In this document: piece by piece, positions 35,632 through 45,280 of the stretch
Numbering within the stretch: position 1 is the stretch's first letter
Layout: the number at the start of each line of letters is the position of its first letter
Assembly: GCA_040755715.1 (NCBI GenBank)
Contig: JBFLXN010000001.1
Location: forward strand, 1-53,017
From: Candidatus Edwardsbacteria bacterium
GTDB taxonomy: Bacteria > Edwardsbacteria > AC1 > JBFLXN01
Direction of reading: 5' to 3'
DNA: 53,017 nt
Program-made: the position numbers and the translations under genes
The notes under the pieces: model-generated
Databases searched by the model: none
Seen by the model: the letters and a program-made list of their open reading frames with translations, nothing else
Told to the model about the DNA's origin: nothing

Positions 35632-36780
35632 TCAAGTCAATCTTTCTCTCCTACACAATTCCTCGGATTCACTATACTTCCAACCTTCTTTAGCAATATT
35701 TTTATTTGTCACGCAACCCTGGTATGTATAAAGCCCACGACGCAGAGGGTAAAGTTGACTAAGCGTCTTTTCCATACCATTCAATTCCATCTCTTTTAAG
35801 TAAGGAACTATGGAATTGCTGAGTGCATGAGAAGCTGTCCTTGCCACCCAAGTTGGAACATTGGGAACACAGAAGTGAATTATTCCTTCATCAATATAGA
35901 CAAAATTCTCTTGGGGTGTGAGACGGGATGTCTCCACACATCCACCCTGGTCTATGGAAAAGTCTATAATTACCCTTGCCTTTTTCATAGTCTTCACCAT
36001 ATCTCTGGTAATAAGAACAGGTGCTCTGGCGCCTGGAACATAGGCACAGGTAACAAGCACATCAGCAAATTTTACGACTGTTTCCAGATTATGTTTATTT
36101 GATACCATGGTGATAATTCTTTGGTGAGAACAGATTTGTTCTATTTCTTCAAGGCGTCTTAGATTTCTTCCTAAAACATATACTGTCGCTCCAATTCCGG
36201 CAAAGGATCTAGCGGCATAGAAACCCAGTGTGCCGGTACCTATGATGACAACCTCTGCCGGAGGCACACCAGAAACTCCGCTTAGAAGGACTCCTCTTCC
36301 ACCCTTAGTAGTATTTTCTAATAACCTCCCGGCAATCTGAACCGCCATCTTGCCGGCAATCTGGCTCATCGGCTTAAGAATAGGAAGATGCTCATCTTTA
36401 GTTTGAATTGTCTCATATCCTATAGCGGTGATTTTCTTGCTTAAAAGCAAATCTAAAAATTCTTTTGGAGCCACGGCTAAATGCAGAAAACCCAGGAGTG
36501 TCTGTTCTTCTCTCAAAAGTTCCCACTTCTCTTTCAACGGACGACTGACTTTTACTATGATATCAGAACGACCATAGACCTCTTCTTTGGAATAGACAAT
36601 CTGTGCCCCTGCCTTTTGATAATCTTCATCCTTAAATCCTGCGCCTTCACCGGCCTTGCTCTCCACATAAATCTCAATACCGGCTGAACACAGTTCTTTC
36701 ACACCTGATGGTGAAAGGCTAACTCTATTTTCACTTAATCCTTCACTCCAGAGTATCTCTTTGGGAATACCAATAGACAT
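35632..36780 (-). CDS. ald: alanine dehydrogenase
   Basis: 382 aa. IGIPKEI...ENRV.L.P.GV and the VIIGTGTLG NAD motif. Confidence 0.8.
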   Translation of the reverse strand: MSIGIPKEILWSEGLSENRVSLSPSGVKELCSAGIEIYVESKAGEGAGFKDEDYQKAGAQIVYSKEEVYGRSDIIVKVSRPLKEKWELLREEQTLLGFLHLAVAPKEFLDLLLSKKITAIGYETIQTKDEHLPILKPMSQIAGKMAVQIAGRLLENTTKGGRGVLLSGVSGVPPAEVVIIGTGTLGFYAARSFAGIGATVYVLGRNLRRLEEIEQICSHQRIITMVSNKHNLETVVKFADVLVTCAYVPGARAPVLITRDMVKTMKKARVIIDFSIDQGGCVETSRLTPQENFVYIDEGIIHFCVPNVPTWVARTASHALSNSIVPYLKEMELNGMEKTLSQLYPLRRGLYTYQGCVTNKNIAKEGWKYSESEELCRRERLT

Positions 36781-36798
36781 TACAGCCTCCCTTTTTAA

Positions 36799-36856
36799 CT
36801 ACGCTTTACACTCTACGCTTGATGCGTTCAGTGTGTAGCGTATAGCGCTCAGCGCG
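36799..36856. repeat. operon-spacer hairpin, word TACGCTT
   Basis: TACGCTTTACAC faces GTGTGTAGCGTA. Further AGCGCT words are present. Confidence 0.5.
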
Positions 36857-36857
36857 C

Positions 36858-38033
36858 CTATGCTTTCTCTAACGCCTGTTTCAAATCTTCAATGATATCC
36901 TCAGCATCTTCTAAGCCCACCGAAAGCCTAATTAAACCCGGTGTAATACCGAATTTCAAACATTCTTCTTCACTATAAGTATAATGCGTCATTGACGCTG
37001 GATGCTCAATCAAGGTATCTGTATCTCCCAAACTCACAGCCAGAGTGCAAAGTTTAACACTATTACAAACTCGCCGGCCTGCTTCTCTACCACCAGTCAA
37101 TTCAAAAGCAACCATTCCTCCAAAATCACTCATTTGTTTCTTCGCAATTGTATGTTGTGGATGGCTTGTCAGTCCTGGATAAAAGACTCTTTTTACTTTT
37201 TTATGTGATTCCAAGAACTTTGCTACTTGCATGGCATTTTCTGAATGTCTTTTCATTCTCACGGCTAAAGTTTTCAATCCCCGCAAATTCAAGAATGCAT
37301 TAAAAGGACTAGCACATCCACCAATGTTAATCGCATAGTCATTCTTTACCATCTCCACAAAATCCTTTTTGCCTACCATTATTCCGCCAATGGTATCTCC
37401 GTGTCCACCGATATACTTTGTAGTACTGTGAATCACAATATCTGCACCCCACTCCAATGGACGCTGAAGATAAGGAGTAGCAAATGTGTTATCAACAATA
37501 AGCGGCAAGCGATGCCTTTTGCAAAGCCTTGATACCGTCCCAATATCAATCACCTTTAAGTTAGGATTTGTTGGCGTTTCTATATATACCAATTTTGTAT
37601 TTTTCTGAATTTCCTTTTCTATGTTTTTGGTACTGATAGCATCGACAAGACTTATTTTAATTCCTAACTTAGGGAGAACATTAGTAAAAAGAGCAAATGT
37701 TCCTCCATAAAGTGTATTATCTGAAATGAGATGAGCTCCGTTTGAAGCTAAAGCGAAAATAGTAGCAAAAATCGCCGCCATACCTGAAGCAAAAGCCAGC
37801 CCTTCTTCTGCACCTTCTAAATAAGCAACTTTTCTTTCCAGGGCAGAAATTGTTGGATTTCCAAGACGGGTATAGATATATCCCTCCTTCTTCTTGGCAA
37901 AGAGTGCCGCACCTTCTTCTGCATTCTTGAAGACAAAGGTAGAAGTCTGATAGATTGGAGGGACATGTGCCCCAGTTGCAGGGTCGGGTTTTAGCCCTCC
38001 GTGAACTACTTTAGTGTTCATCTTGTAACGCAT
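36858..38033 (-). CDS. methionine gamma-lyase / Cys-Met-metabolism PLP enzyme
   Basis: 391 aa. Has the HSTTKYIGGHGD PLP-lysine motif. AGGAGG lies 8 nt upstream of the ATG. Gamma-lyase versus sulfhydrylase cannot be resolved by eye. Confidence 0.7.
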   Translation of the reverse strand: MRYKMNTKVVHGGLKPDPATGAHVPPIYQTSTFVFKNAEEGAALFAKKKEGYIYTRLGNPTISALERKVAYLEGAEEGLAFASGMAAIFATIFALASNGAHLISDNTLYGGTFALFTNVLPKLGIKISLVDAISTKNIEKEIQKNTKLVYIETPTNPNLKVIDIGTVSRLCKRHRLPLIVDNTFATPYLQRPLEWGADIVIHSTTKYIGGHGDTIGGIMVGKKDFVEMVKNDYAINIGGCASPFNAFLNLRGLKTLAVRMKRHSENAMQVAKFLESHKKVKRVFYPGLTSHPQHTIAKKQMSDFGGMVAFELTGGREAGRRVCNSVKLCTLAVSLGDTDTLIEHPASMTHYTYSEEECLKFGITPGLIRLSVGLEDAEDIIEDLKQALEKA

Positions 38034-38062
38034 AGATATCTCCTCCTAATACGCTTTACGCC

Positions 38063-38533
38063 TCACGCTTCCCGCTTTTGGCATGGGGTGTCTTTGTTAA
38101 CTCTTTCTATCGTTTTCTTGTCTTCAATTAACTCTATTAAGACACCCAAGGTAGTTTCGGGTTTAAAGAAGACAACTCGTTTACCTTCACTACCCATCCG
38201 TGGTGTATCAATCGTTTGTATCCCATTTTGAGCTAACTGAGATAATACGGTATCTAAATTTTTTACTCCAAAACAAATATGGTGAAGTCCGGGGCCTCTC
38301 TTTCTAATAAATCGGGCAATGACACTATCTTCCTTTAATGATTCCAAAAGTTCAATCTTTATCCCTTTCAAATCAAAGAGAGCCAGACGAATTCCTCGCT
38401 CTGGCAATGTTACTATCTTATATTTCCCCAGGGTAAAGACTTCACCATAAAGTTTTGTAGCCATCTCTAAATTCTCTACCGCAATGCCGATATGGTCAAA
38501 TTTAGAAAACAACTTTTTCTTTGTACTCACCAA
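38063..38533 (-). CDS. mce: methylmalonyl-CoA epimerase (VOC family)
   Basis: 156 aa. [12 protein letters not shown]...[10 protein letters not shown] matches the epimerase pattern. Overlaps the mutase gene. The last codons run into TACGCTT-type words. Confidence 0.8.
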   Translation of the reverse strand: MVSTKKKLFSKFDHIGIAVENLEMATKLYGEVFTLGKYKIVTLPERGIRLALFDLKGIKIELLESLKEDSVIARFIRKRGPGLHHICFGVKNLDTVLSQLAQNGIQTIDTPRMGSEGKRVVFFKPETTLGVLIELIEDKKTIERVNKDTPCQKREA

Positions 38534-40061
38534 ATACCTCTTTTAGGATATCACAAATTTCGCCAATGGTGGCATAGCATTTTACTGCTTCAATTATTGG
38601 TAACATTAAATTTTCTTTACCCTTAGCCGTTCTTTTGAGATTTTCTAACGACTGTTTAACCTTGAGATTGTTTCGCCTTTGTTTCAATCGTTTCAGTCTG
38701 AGAATTTGTCTCTTTGCCACTTGGGGATTGACTTTTAGTATCTTAAAATGCTTTTCCTTCTCGGCTTCAATAAATTCATTAACTCCGACGATGATTTCTT
38801 TTTTTTCTTCAATTTTCTTTTGACACTCGTAAGCACTCTTCTGTATCTCCTTTTGATAAAAACCGGTTTCAATGGCTTTCAGAGCTCCACCCAGATTTTC
38901 AATCTCTTCTAAATATTTTTTTGCCTTCTCTTCCAGATGAGCTGTCAACCATTCTAGATAGTAGGAGCCACCCAGAGGGTCAATGGTCTCAGTAACTTTA
39001 GTCTCATAACCAATGATTTGTTGTGTGCGCAATGCCAATTTGACTGATTCTTCAGATGGAAGAGCTAGAGCTTCGTCTTTCGCATTAGTATGAAGTGATT
39101 GTGTCCCACCTAGAACAGCGGCTAAGGCCTGTAAGGTCACTCTCACAGCATTATTTTCAGATTGCTGGGCGGTGAGGGTGCATCCAGCGGTTTGAGTATG
39201 AAATCTCAACATCCAAGAGCGAGGATTTTGTGCTTCAAATTTTTCCTTCATTATTCTTGCCCACAATCTTCTGGCTGCTCTGAATTTGGCAATCTCTTCA
39301 AAGAGGTTATTGTGGGCATTAAAGAAGAAAGAAAGGCGTGGAGCAAAATCGTCTATGTTCAATCCAGCTTGCCTAGCGGACTGCACATAAGCAATAGCAT
39401 TGGCTAAGGTAAAAGCAATCTCCTGAACTGCAGTTGAGCCTGCCTCTCTGATGTGATAGCCACTGATAGAAATGGTATTCCATTTTGGTAGGTGTTTTCC
39501 GCAATAAGCAAAGATATCTGTAGTCAAACGCAGAGAAGGTTCTGGTGGAAATATATAAGTCCCCCGAGCGATATATTCTTTTAGAATATCATTCTGAATT
39601 GTGCCTTCAAGTGTCTCTGGTTTCACTCCTTGTTTTTCTGCCACGGCAACATACATTCCCAGCAGAACAGCAGCAGTAGCATTGATGGTCATTGAAGTAG
39701 AGACTTTATCCAAAAGAATTCCCTTAAAAAGTCTTTCCATATCTTCAAGTGAATCAATAGCCACGCCTGTCTTGCCAACTTCTCCTGAAGCCATTGGATG
39801 GTCAGAATTATAGCCCATCTGTGTTGGCAAATCAAATGCCACGGAAAGGCCGGTTTGCCCTTGTTGCAAAAGATATTTGTATCTGCGGTTAGATTCTTCA
39901 GCGGCAGCATATCCTGAGTATTGCCGCATCGTCCAGAGTTTACCCCGATACATCGTGGAATAGATGCCACGAGTAAAAGGATAATCCCCAGGAAAACCCA
40001 GGTCTCTTTGGTAATCTAGATCTCTTACATCATCGGGAAGATACAGAAGTTCCTTTTTCAT
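38502..40061 (-). CDS. acyl-CoA mutase large (catalytic TIM-barrel) subunit, MCM-type (Tyr/Arg)
   Basis: 519 aa. TMRQYSGY and [15 protein letters not shown] carry the Tyr89/Arg207 equivalents of P. shermanii MutB. No fused B12 domain. Confidence 0.85.
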   Translation of the reverse strand: MKKELLYLPDDVRDLDYQRDLGFPGDYPFTRGIYSTMYRGKLWTMRQYSGYAAAEESNRRYKYLLQQGQTGLSVAFDLPTQMGYNSDHPMASGEVGKTGVAIDSLEDMERLFKGILLDKVSTSMTINATAAVLLGMYVAVAEKQGVKPETLEGTIQNDILKEYIARGTYIFPPEPSLRLTTDIFAYCGKHLPKWNTISISGYHIREAGSTAVQEIAFTLANAIAYVQSARQAGLNIDDFAPRLSFFFNAHNNLFEEIAKFRAARRLWARIMKEKFEAQNPRSWMLRFHTQTAGCTLTAQQSENNAVRVTLQALAAVLGGTQSLHTNAKDEALALPSEESVKLALRTQQIIGYETKVTETIDPLGGSYYLEWLTAHLEEKAKKYLEEIENLGGALKAIETGFYQKEIQKSAYECQKKIEEKKEIIVGVNEFIEAEKEKHFKILKVNPQVAKRQILRLKRLKQRRNNLKVKQSLENLKRTAKGKENLMLPIIEAVKCYATIGEICDILKEVFGEYKEKVVF

Positions 40062-40072
40062 AGTTTATGGAA

Positions 40073-40309
40073 TCAAAGAATATATTGCAGTCCGACACTT
40101 ATTGTTAGTCCTCGGAGCTTAATGCGATTTCCGTTTTCTCTTCTTAGAACACTACCTGATTTGAGTGGGAATCCATAAAAACACTGCCAGAAGCAAGGTA
40201 TAGGACCAAAAGGAGCAATTTCCATACCTAACAAGAGCCTTTTACCACTTTCGCTTGTCTGAGCTTCTATCGGCAACAAAGATAACGCTAAAGATAATAA
40301 AAGAAACAT
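40073..40309 (-). CDS. small secreted protein, unknown function
   Basis: 78 aa. Strong RBS (AGGAGGTG) and signal-peptide-like N-terminus MFLLLSLALSLLPIEA. No family recognised. Confidence 0.35.
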   Translation of the reverse strand: MFLLLSLALSLLPIEAQTSESGKRLLLGMEIAPFGPIPCFWQCFYGFPLKSGSVLRRENGNRIKLRGLTISVGLQYIL

Positions 40310-40324
40310 TGCTCTTCACCTCCT

Positions 40325-40840
40325 TCACTCCAATACCACCAACACATCCCCGCCATTTACTTTTGCACCTTGATGAACTATTATTTCTTTTACTACTCCT
40401 TCTTTGGGTGCCCGAATTTCATTTTGCATCTTCATTGCTTCTAAAATGACTACTCCTTTCCCCTTTTCTACCGTGTCCCCTGCTTTCACCTCTACAGCAA
40501 CAACCAAACCAGGCATTGGTGCCTTGACCGCTAAAACACCAGATTTATGCCTACCCATTTCCCTCTCCACCTTCTTAACCCTTTCATCTTCCACTCTCAC
40601 ATGATAGGTTTCATCTCTCATAGAGACATAGTATCCGTCTTCTTCTTTATCCACTTCAATATCATAAGATTCATTGGCAAGGAGCAAAGATAGATGTCCT
40701 GGTTTATTTACTACAGAAACACCGACTTCCTTTGGTTGTCCATCAATCAAAAGAGAATAAATATCTTCTCTTGATTCACTGTAGTGGTTTTCAATTTCAA
40801 TTCTATAAGTTTTATTTTGCACCGAAACAAGATAAGCCAT
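40325..40840 (-). CDS. biotin carboxyl carrier (BT-like N-domain plus biotinyl domain), REP-free paralog
   Basis: 171 aa. Has EAMKMQNEI. Same architecture as 13483-14031. Confidence 0.8.
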   Translation of the reverse strand: MAYLVSVQNKTYRIEIENHYSESREDIYSLLIDGQPKEVGVSVVNKPGHLSLLLANESYDIEVDKEEDGYYVSMRDETYHVRVEDERVKKVEREMGRHKSGVLAVKAPMPGLVVAVEVKAGDTVEKGKGVVILEAMKMQNEIRAPKEGVVKEIIVHQGAKVNGGDVLVVLE

Positions 40841-40860
40841 AGCGCCTCGCTACACTCGGC

Positions 40861-40995
40861 AGTAGTGAGTAGTAAGTAGAAAGTATTGAGTTAATTGAGT
40901 TTGTTGAGTTTTTGGGTTCATTGGGTTTTAACAACCCGATAAACTCAATAAACTGAGTAAACCCAATAAACCTATTTCTCCTCGTTACTATTTTA
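40861..40995. repeat. operon-spacer hairpin, words ATTGAGT / AGTAGTGAGT
   Basis: TATTGAGTTAATTGAGTTTGTTGAGTTTTTGGGTTCATTGGGTT faces AACCCGATAAACTCAATAAACTGAGTAAACCCAATAAACC. Outer arms are AGTAGTGAGTAGTAAG / CTCGTTACTAT. Confidence 0.65.
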
Positions 40996-41003
40996 TGTAT
41001 TGT

Positions 41004-42494
41004 TCACCTTCTCAGCATCATCCATCGGCTAACCTTTTTCCAATTGCTCATTGTTTCTTTACTTTCTTTTATAATTGGTGATTCTTCCTCTTTAAGTGCG
41101 ATGATTGCCGCCGCCATTGCCGCTATCTCTTCGTTTTGCTCTTTTGGTAGAGGCGTATCAAGTATCTTTTGCAAAAAACCTGTATCAAAATTGCCTCCTA
41201 AGAAGTCCCTATGGGAAAGAATCCGTTTGTGAAAGGGGATGGTAGTCTTTATTCCTTTTATTTTATATTCACTCAATGCCCTCTGCATTCGCACAATTGC
41301 TTCCTGCCTGTCCCTGCCCCAGGCAAGAACCTTGGCTATGAGTGGGTCATAGAAGAGTGGAATCTCATACCCTTCAAAGATTCCACTCTCCACTCTTATC
41401 CCAGGACCGGTAGGGTCTACAATTTCCTCAATCCTTCCGGTAGAAGGGAAGAAGTTATTGTCCGGATCTTCAGCAGAAATTCGGCATTCAATGGCAGCCC
41501 CACGGAGCCAGACCTCTTCCTGTTTTAGTCTGAGTTTTTCGCCACTGGCAATATGAATTTGTTCCTTTACAATATCTATTCCAGTAACCAATTCTGTGAC
41601 AGGATGTTCAACCTGAAGACGGGTATTGACCTCCAGAAAATAGAAGTTTTTATTTTTATCCACAAGAAATTCTACTGTTCCGGCATTTGTATATCCTGCG
41701 GTCTTTGCCACCTTCTTTGCAGACTCTCCCATCTTTCTTCTCAAATCTTCTGTCATAATACAGCAGGGAGATTCTTCTATCATCTTCTGATAGCGTCTCT
41801 GGATGGAACATTCTCTTTCATTGAGATGAACCACCTTACCGAAGTTATCAGCCAAGACTTGAATTTCCACATGTCTTGGATGGAGAAGATATTTCTCTAT
41901 ATATACTGCTGGATTTCCAAAGGCGGAGGAAGCTTCAGCAATTGCACCTTTAAGTGCGCTCTGCAGTCCACTTTTATTTTCCACCATGCGCATTCCCTTC
42001 CCCCCCCCACCGCCGGCTGCCTTTATGAGAATGGGAAATCCTATCTTTTCTGCTATTTTCTTTGCTTCTTCTTCATTTCTTAGAGGTTTTTCCATCCCGG
42101 GAATAATGGGAATGCCTGCCTTAGACATAGTCTGTCTCGCCGCTGTTTTATCCCCTAAGAGTGCCATGGCTTTACTGGTAGGACCGATAAACATTATTCC
42201 GGCACCCTCTACCGCTTTGGCAAAATTCTCGTTCTCTGCTAAAAATCCATATCCTGGGTGAATTGCTTCTGCCTTTGACTTCTTTGCTACATCAAGAATT
42301 TTGTCTATCCTGAGATAACTCTCGGTAGAAGGAGAAGGACCTATGAAATAGGCTTCATCAGCATATCTTGTATGAGGTGCACTCCTATCTGCTTCGGAAA
42401 AGACAGCGACAGAGAGAATATTCAGTTCCCTGCAGGCGCGCATCACCCGCAAGGCAATTTCCCCCCGATTAGCGATGAGAATTTTTTTAAACAT
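41004..42494 (-). CDS. biotin carboxylase subunit (propionyl-CoA carboxylase-type set)
   Basis: Preferred start is MFKKILIANRGEIA, with GGAGAAG 6 nt upstream. GGGGKGMR and the ATP-grasp pattern are present. Confidence 0.9.
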   Translation of the reverse strand: MFKKILIANRGEIALRVMRACRELNILSVAVFSEADRSAPHTRYADEAYFIGPSPSTESYLRIDKILDVAKKSKAEAIHPGYGFLAENENFAKAVEGAGIMFIGPTSKAMALLGDKTAARQTMSKAGIPIIPGMEKPLRNEEEAKKIAEKIGFPILIKAAGGGGGKGMRMVENKSGLQSALKGAIAEASSAFGNPAVYIEKYLLHPRHVEIQVLADNFGKVVHLNERECSIQRRYQKMIEESPCCIMTEDLRRKMGESAKKVAKTAGYTNAGTVEFLVDKNKNFYFLEVNTRLQVEHPVTELVTGIDIVKEQIHIASGEKLRLKQEEVWLRGAAIECRISAEDPDNNFFPSTGRIEEIVDPTGPGIRVESGIFEGYEIPLFYDPLIAKVLAWGRDRQEAIVRMQRALSEYKIKGIKTTIPFHKRILSHRDFLGGNFDTGFLQKILDTPLPKEQNEEIAAMAAAIIALKEEESPIIKESKETMSNWKKVSRWMMLRR

Positions 42495-42554
42495 AATTTT
42501 TTCTTCTCCACCTTTTTCCTCTCCCATCAAAGAGGAGGAGTTTTTGGTGTAAGA

Positions 42555-42920
42555 TTATTCTTTCTGGGCGAGGATAATCCCGTTTTCGTTAATCCTTTTG
42601 AAAAATGAATTTTCCCCTGCCTTTACAACTTCTTCAATGGTAAAAGGGAAAACATCAACAGGTAAACCGACAGAAAGAAAATAAAGCAGATATTGGGGTA
42701 TTCGGTCCATTCTTCTTCTCTTATCGTTGGCAAGAATAATTAATAAATCAATATCACTATGAGGCGAATAGTTGCTATTTGATAGAGAACCGAAAAGGAC
42801 AATCTTTAAAACATTTTTATCTTGGGAAATCAACTCTCGGGCAATCTTTGACAACTTAGTCAAAACCTCTTCTCTATTTAGGGAGTAAACTTTCACAGTA
42901 TTTGATAATTTCGCTTGCAT
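42555..42920 (-). CDS. minimal nucleotidyltransferase (HEPN/MNT module 2)
   Basis: 121 aa. VLFGSLSNSNYSPHSDIDLLI is the GS...D.D motif. Confidence 0.75.
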   Translation of the reverse strand: MQAKLSNTVKVYSLNREEVLTKLSKIARELISQDKNVLKIVLFGSLSNSNYSPHSDIDLLIILANDKRRRMDRIPQYLLYFLSVGLPVDVFPFTIEEVVKAGENSFFKRINENGIILAQKE

Positions 42921-43260
42921 TTTTTATCGCCTCCTCGGCATCGTTTTTAAAAAAATATTCTTTTGGTGTACCAGTTTCAAAACTATTTGCATACCTAGTG
43001 GGAATATAAAATCTATCCAATCTAGCGCCCTTTTCTATCAAATCTTCAGGCACATCTGTGGCGAGATTTTTTAAGAGACTACTTACCGAATGTCCCCAGG
43101 CTTCCATATTACGAAATAAATATAGGGCTTTTACTGCTTTTTCTGCCGATTGTTGCGCACTAAAGCATGCCCACTCATAAAACTTTTCTTCCGTATCCTT
43201 CTGTGCATGTGCTAAATCTCTTTTTGCTTGTTCTAACCAATCAACCCACCGGCTAGCCAT
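42874..43260 (-). CDS. HEPN domain protein (module 2)
   Basis: 128 aa. AKRDL..A, then FSAQQSAEKAVKALY, then GHS. The gene order is opposite to module 1. Confidence 0.75.
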   Translation of the reverse strand: MASRWVDWLEQAKRDLAHAQKDTEEKFYEWACFSAQQSAEKAVKALYLFRNMEAWGHSVSSLLKNLATDVPEDLIEKGARLDRFYIPTRYANSFETGTPKEYFFKNDAEEAIKNASEIIKYCESLLPK

Positions 43261-43358
43261 TTGCTTCTCCTCTTTCTGATAAACTCAAATAGCAGGTTCC
43301 TTCTATTCCCAGCCATAAAAGGCTGGGCTATTGATCTCTTCTATCCTTATTCTGCCGC

Positions 43359-44339
43359 TTAGTCAGTAGTGAGCCTGACATCCATTCTGTCTATCGTCCT
43401 GTTGGTGCCCTTGTAGACTATCTGCCAGCTTTTCTCTCCTACAATCTTCCGCTCAAACCGGTTGGCATTGGTGACCCTGACACCGCCATCCCATCTCCTA
43501 ACTGCTTCAACGGCGTTGGCGTCATTCGGATAACCCCGATAGTAGGAAACAGGCCCACCCAAACTCATATCAGCCATGATGTAGCGAACCCGAGCCTCAT
43601 CATAAGCTCGTGAAAGCTTTTCTTCTATCGCTTTAAGATATTTTTCTGCCTTTTCCCGATAGGAACTCTCTGGAGGCGCCATTTTGAGAACATTCTCAAA
43701 TTCTATCTTTGCCTCAGCATATTTTTTTAGCTCATAAAGCTGATAACCTTTTCCATAAATCTTCTTAATCTTTGAAGTGGGTGCAGATAGTGTTACTGCC
43801 ACCGTTTCCACTGGTGCAGGCAGCGGAGGCGGTGGTGCTACAGGAGCTGTCATTTCCTCTTCTTTCACCTCTTTTCCCACAATCTCTCCTGCAAGAGAAG
43901 AAAAAATGCCGAGAAGAGCATCCACTTCACCTTTATGCTCTCTCCTTGCCGTTTTCTCTACCTTCGCCGTGGCCACATCCACGAGGAGCAAGGTCACGGA
44001 ATATGTCTGTCCGACCTTACCTACATTTCCTCCAATCATTTTCCTTACTCCGAGTGCCTTACCAAACTTGGCAATACAACTTGCTTGGTCACAGGCACCT
44101 GTATGCTGAAGTGCCCATTCCTTCAAGACGCTCTCCCTCTTCTCGGTTGTAACTAATGTAAACCAGCTTCGTTCCTGAAGTTTGTCCAGTTCTGCAATTA
44201 GTCTGTAAGTCATTGTCTTCGCCTCATCCTCAGAAACTCCAGAAGCAGAAAGGTCCATGACAGAAAGAGTCGTCTTAGCAGTGCTTACTCCGAAACTTAA
44301 AATAAACAAAACTATGGGCAAAAGAAATTTCTTCAACAT
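43359..44339 (-). CDS. secreted CsgG/LpoB-like domain protein with Pro-rich linker and TPR-like C-terminal region
   Basis: 326 aa with a signal peptide. The N-domain pattern VMDL..SGVSEDEA......L...L......F.LV...KRESVLKEWALQHTGACDQASC...GKALGV.K.I.G.VGKVG is shared with 9487-11394 and 51615-52259. Confidence 0.55.
   Translation of the reverse strand: MLKKFLLPIVLFILSFGVSTAKTTLSVMDLSASGVSEDEAKTMTYRLIAELDKLQERSWFTLVTTEKRESVLKEWALQHTGACDQASCIAKFGKALGVRKMIGGNVGKVGQTYSVTLLLVDVATAKVEKTARREHKGEVDALLGIFSSLAGEIVGKEVKEEEMTAPVAPPPPLPAPVETVAVTLSAPTSKIKKIYGKGYQLYELKKYAEAKIEFENVLKMAPPESSYREKAEKYLKAIEEKLSRAYDEARVRYIMADMSLGGPVSYYRGYPNDANAVEAVRRWDGGVRVTNANRFERKIVGEKSWQIVYKGTNRTIDRMDVRLTTD
44086..44339. repeat. 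254-nt tract almost identical to 52006-52259
   Basis: I counted 4 mismatches in 254 nt, versus 9 in the adjacent 60 nt and about 17 in the next 60 nt. The identity ends at the start codon. Confidence 0.85.
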
Positions 44340-44354
44340 GGCTTGCCTCTTCTC

Positions 44355-44744
44355 TTAAATGGCAACCTGCCTTACTCTATACTTTGTTTCTGATATTATC
44401 ACCAAAGACCTGTTGTGTTCTATGTTTTTGAAACCTGGACTTCCTATGAACTCTCTCAGAATTTCAATTGCATGTTCCACTGTAGGGGGCTTGATTCTCA
44501 AGACCCATACACCGAAACTGCCCTTGCCTGAGCGATAATACAACTCTCCAAAATCCAAATCAAAGGTCAGAATGACAAACCCTTTCCCCTTGGCAATATC
44601 AACCACTTTTCTATCCGGCAGACCCACGGAAAACTCTGTAGTTCTTTTGGCATCAAATCCAACTTCCTTCAAAAAACTAATAATTTTAGGACTAATGTTT
44701 TCATTGCCTAAAATCTTGAGTTCAGACAAGGCCCACCTCTTCAT
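44355..44744 (-). CDS. DUF5615-like (Mut7-C/PIN-like) putative toxin
   Basis: 129 aa. Lies downstream of and overlaps a DUF433 gene. ILTFDLDFGEL is typical of this family as I recall it. Confidence 0.55.
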   Translation of the reverse strand: MKRWALSELKILGNENISPKIISFLKEVGFDAKRTTEFSVGLPDRKVVDIAKGKGFVILTFDLDFGELYYRSGKGSFGVWVLRIKPPTVEHAIEILREFIGSPGFKNIEHNRSLVIISETKYRVRQVAI

Positions 44745-44949
44745 ATTGAGTTACCTGAGAAGCATACCATATTGCCGCCAAAACATCCTCTCTCTGCAAT
44801 TCTGGATAGTCATCAATTATCTCTTCCGCTGAACAGCCGGATGACAAAAGTTCCAGTATCAAGTAAACCGGAATTCTTGTGCCACGAATTACAGGTTTAC
44901 CAAGCATAATATTTGGGTCAACTACTATTCTTTCATTGGGGGTTGACAT
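44722..44949 (-). CDS. DUF433 domain protein (putative antitoxin)
   Basis: 75 aa. IVVDPNIMLGKPVIRGTRIPV..ILE.L..G.S.EEI..DYP.L..EDV.AA is the DUF433 signature. Confidence 0.7.
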   Translation of the reverse strand: MSTPNERIVVDPNIMLGKPVIRGTRIPVYLILELLSSGCSAEEIIDDYPELQREDVLAAIWYASQVTQYEEVGLV

Positions 44950-44977
44950 ATTTTTTTCTCCTCTTTGTATTTAACAG

Positions 44978-45216
44978 GACTTTGTTAAAATTTTGTCTAA
45001 AATTGGCACGAAAATCAACACTGACAAGCGTTTAAGCCTTCTTGGCTTGTTCTTCTCTTGTCCCCCGACAAGTCGGGGGAAGAAAGACAGCCCAAGCCCC
45101 GATAAATCGGGGCTTCAGGGCGTCCTGAAAAGCACAAGAAAAGCGCATTCACAGGCTTATATTATTGTGCCAGAAGGCTTTCAGGCAGATTTTGAGCCAA
45201 AATTTAACAAAGCACT
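44978..45216 (-). mobile_element. MITE-like element, copy B (~239 nt, inverted relative to copy A)
   Basis: Reverse complement aligns end to end with 23277-23538. Same TIRs and internal palindromes. Confidence 0.75.
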
Positions 45217-45280
45217 GTTTAAGTTCCGTAGTCTCCTGCGAGTCTGCCTTAGGCAGACGATCCTGCGTTTCCTGCGTTTT

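Noticed and set aside
43300-43325. Hairpin CCCAGCC-ATAAAA-GGCTGGG after the lipoprotein gene, as a possible intrinsic terminator.
   Set aside because: On the transcribed strand it is not followed by a U-tract, so a REP-like palindrome or a processing site is equally likely.
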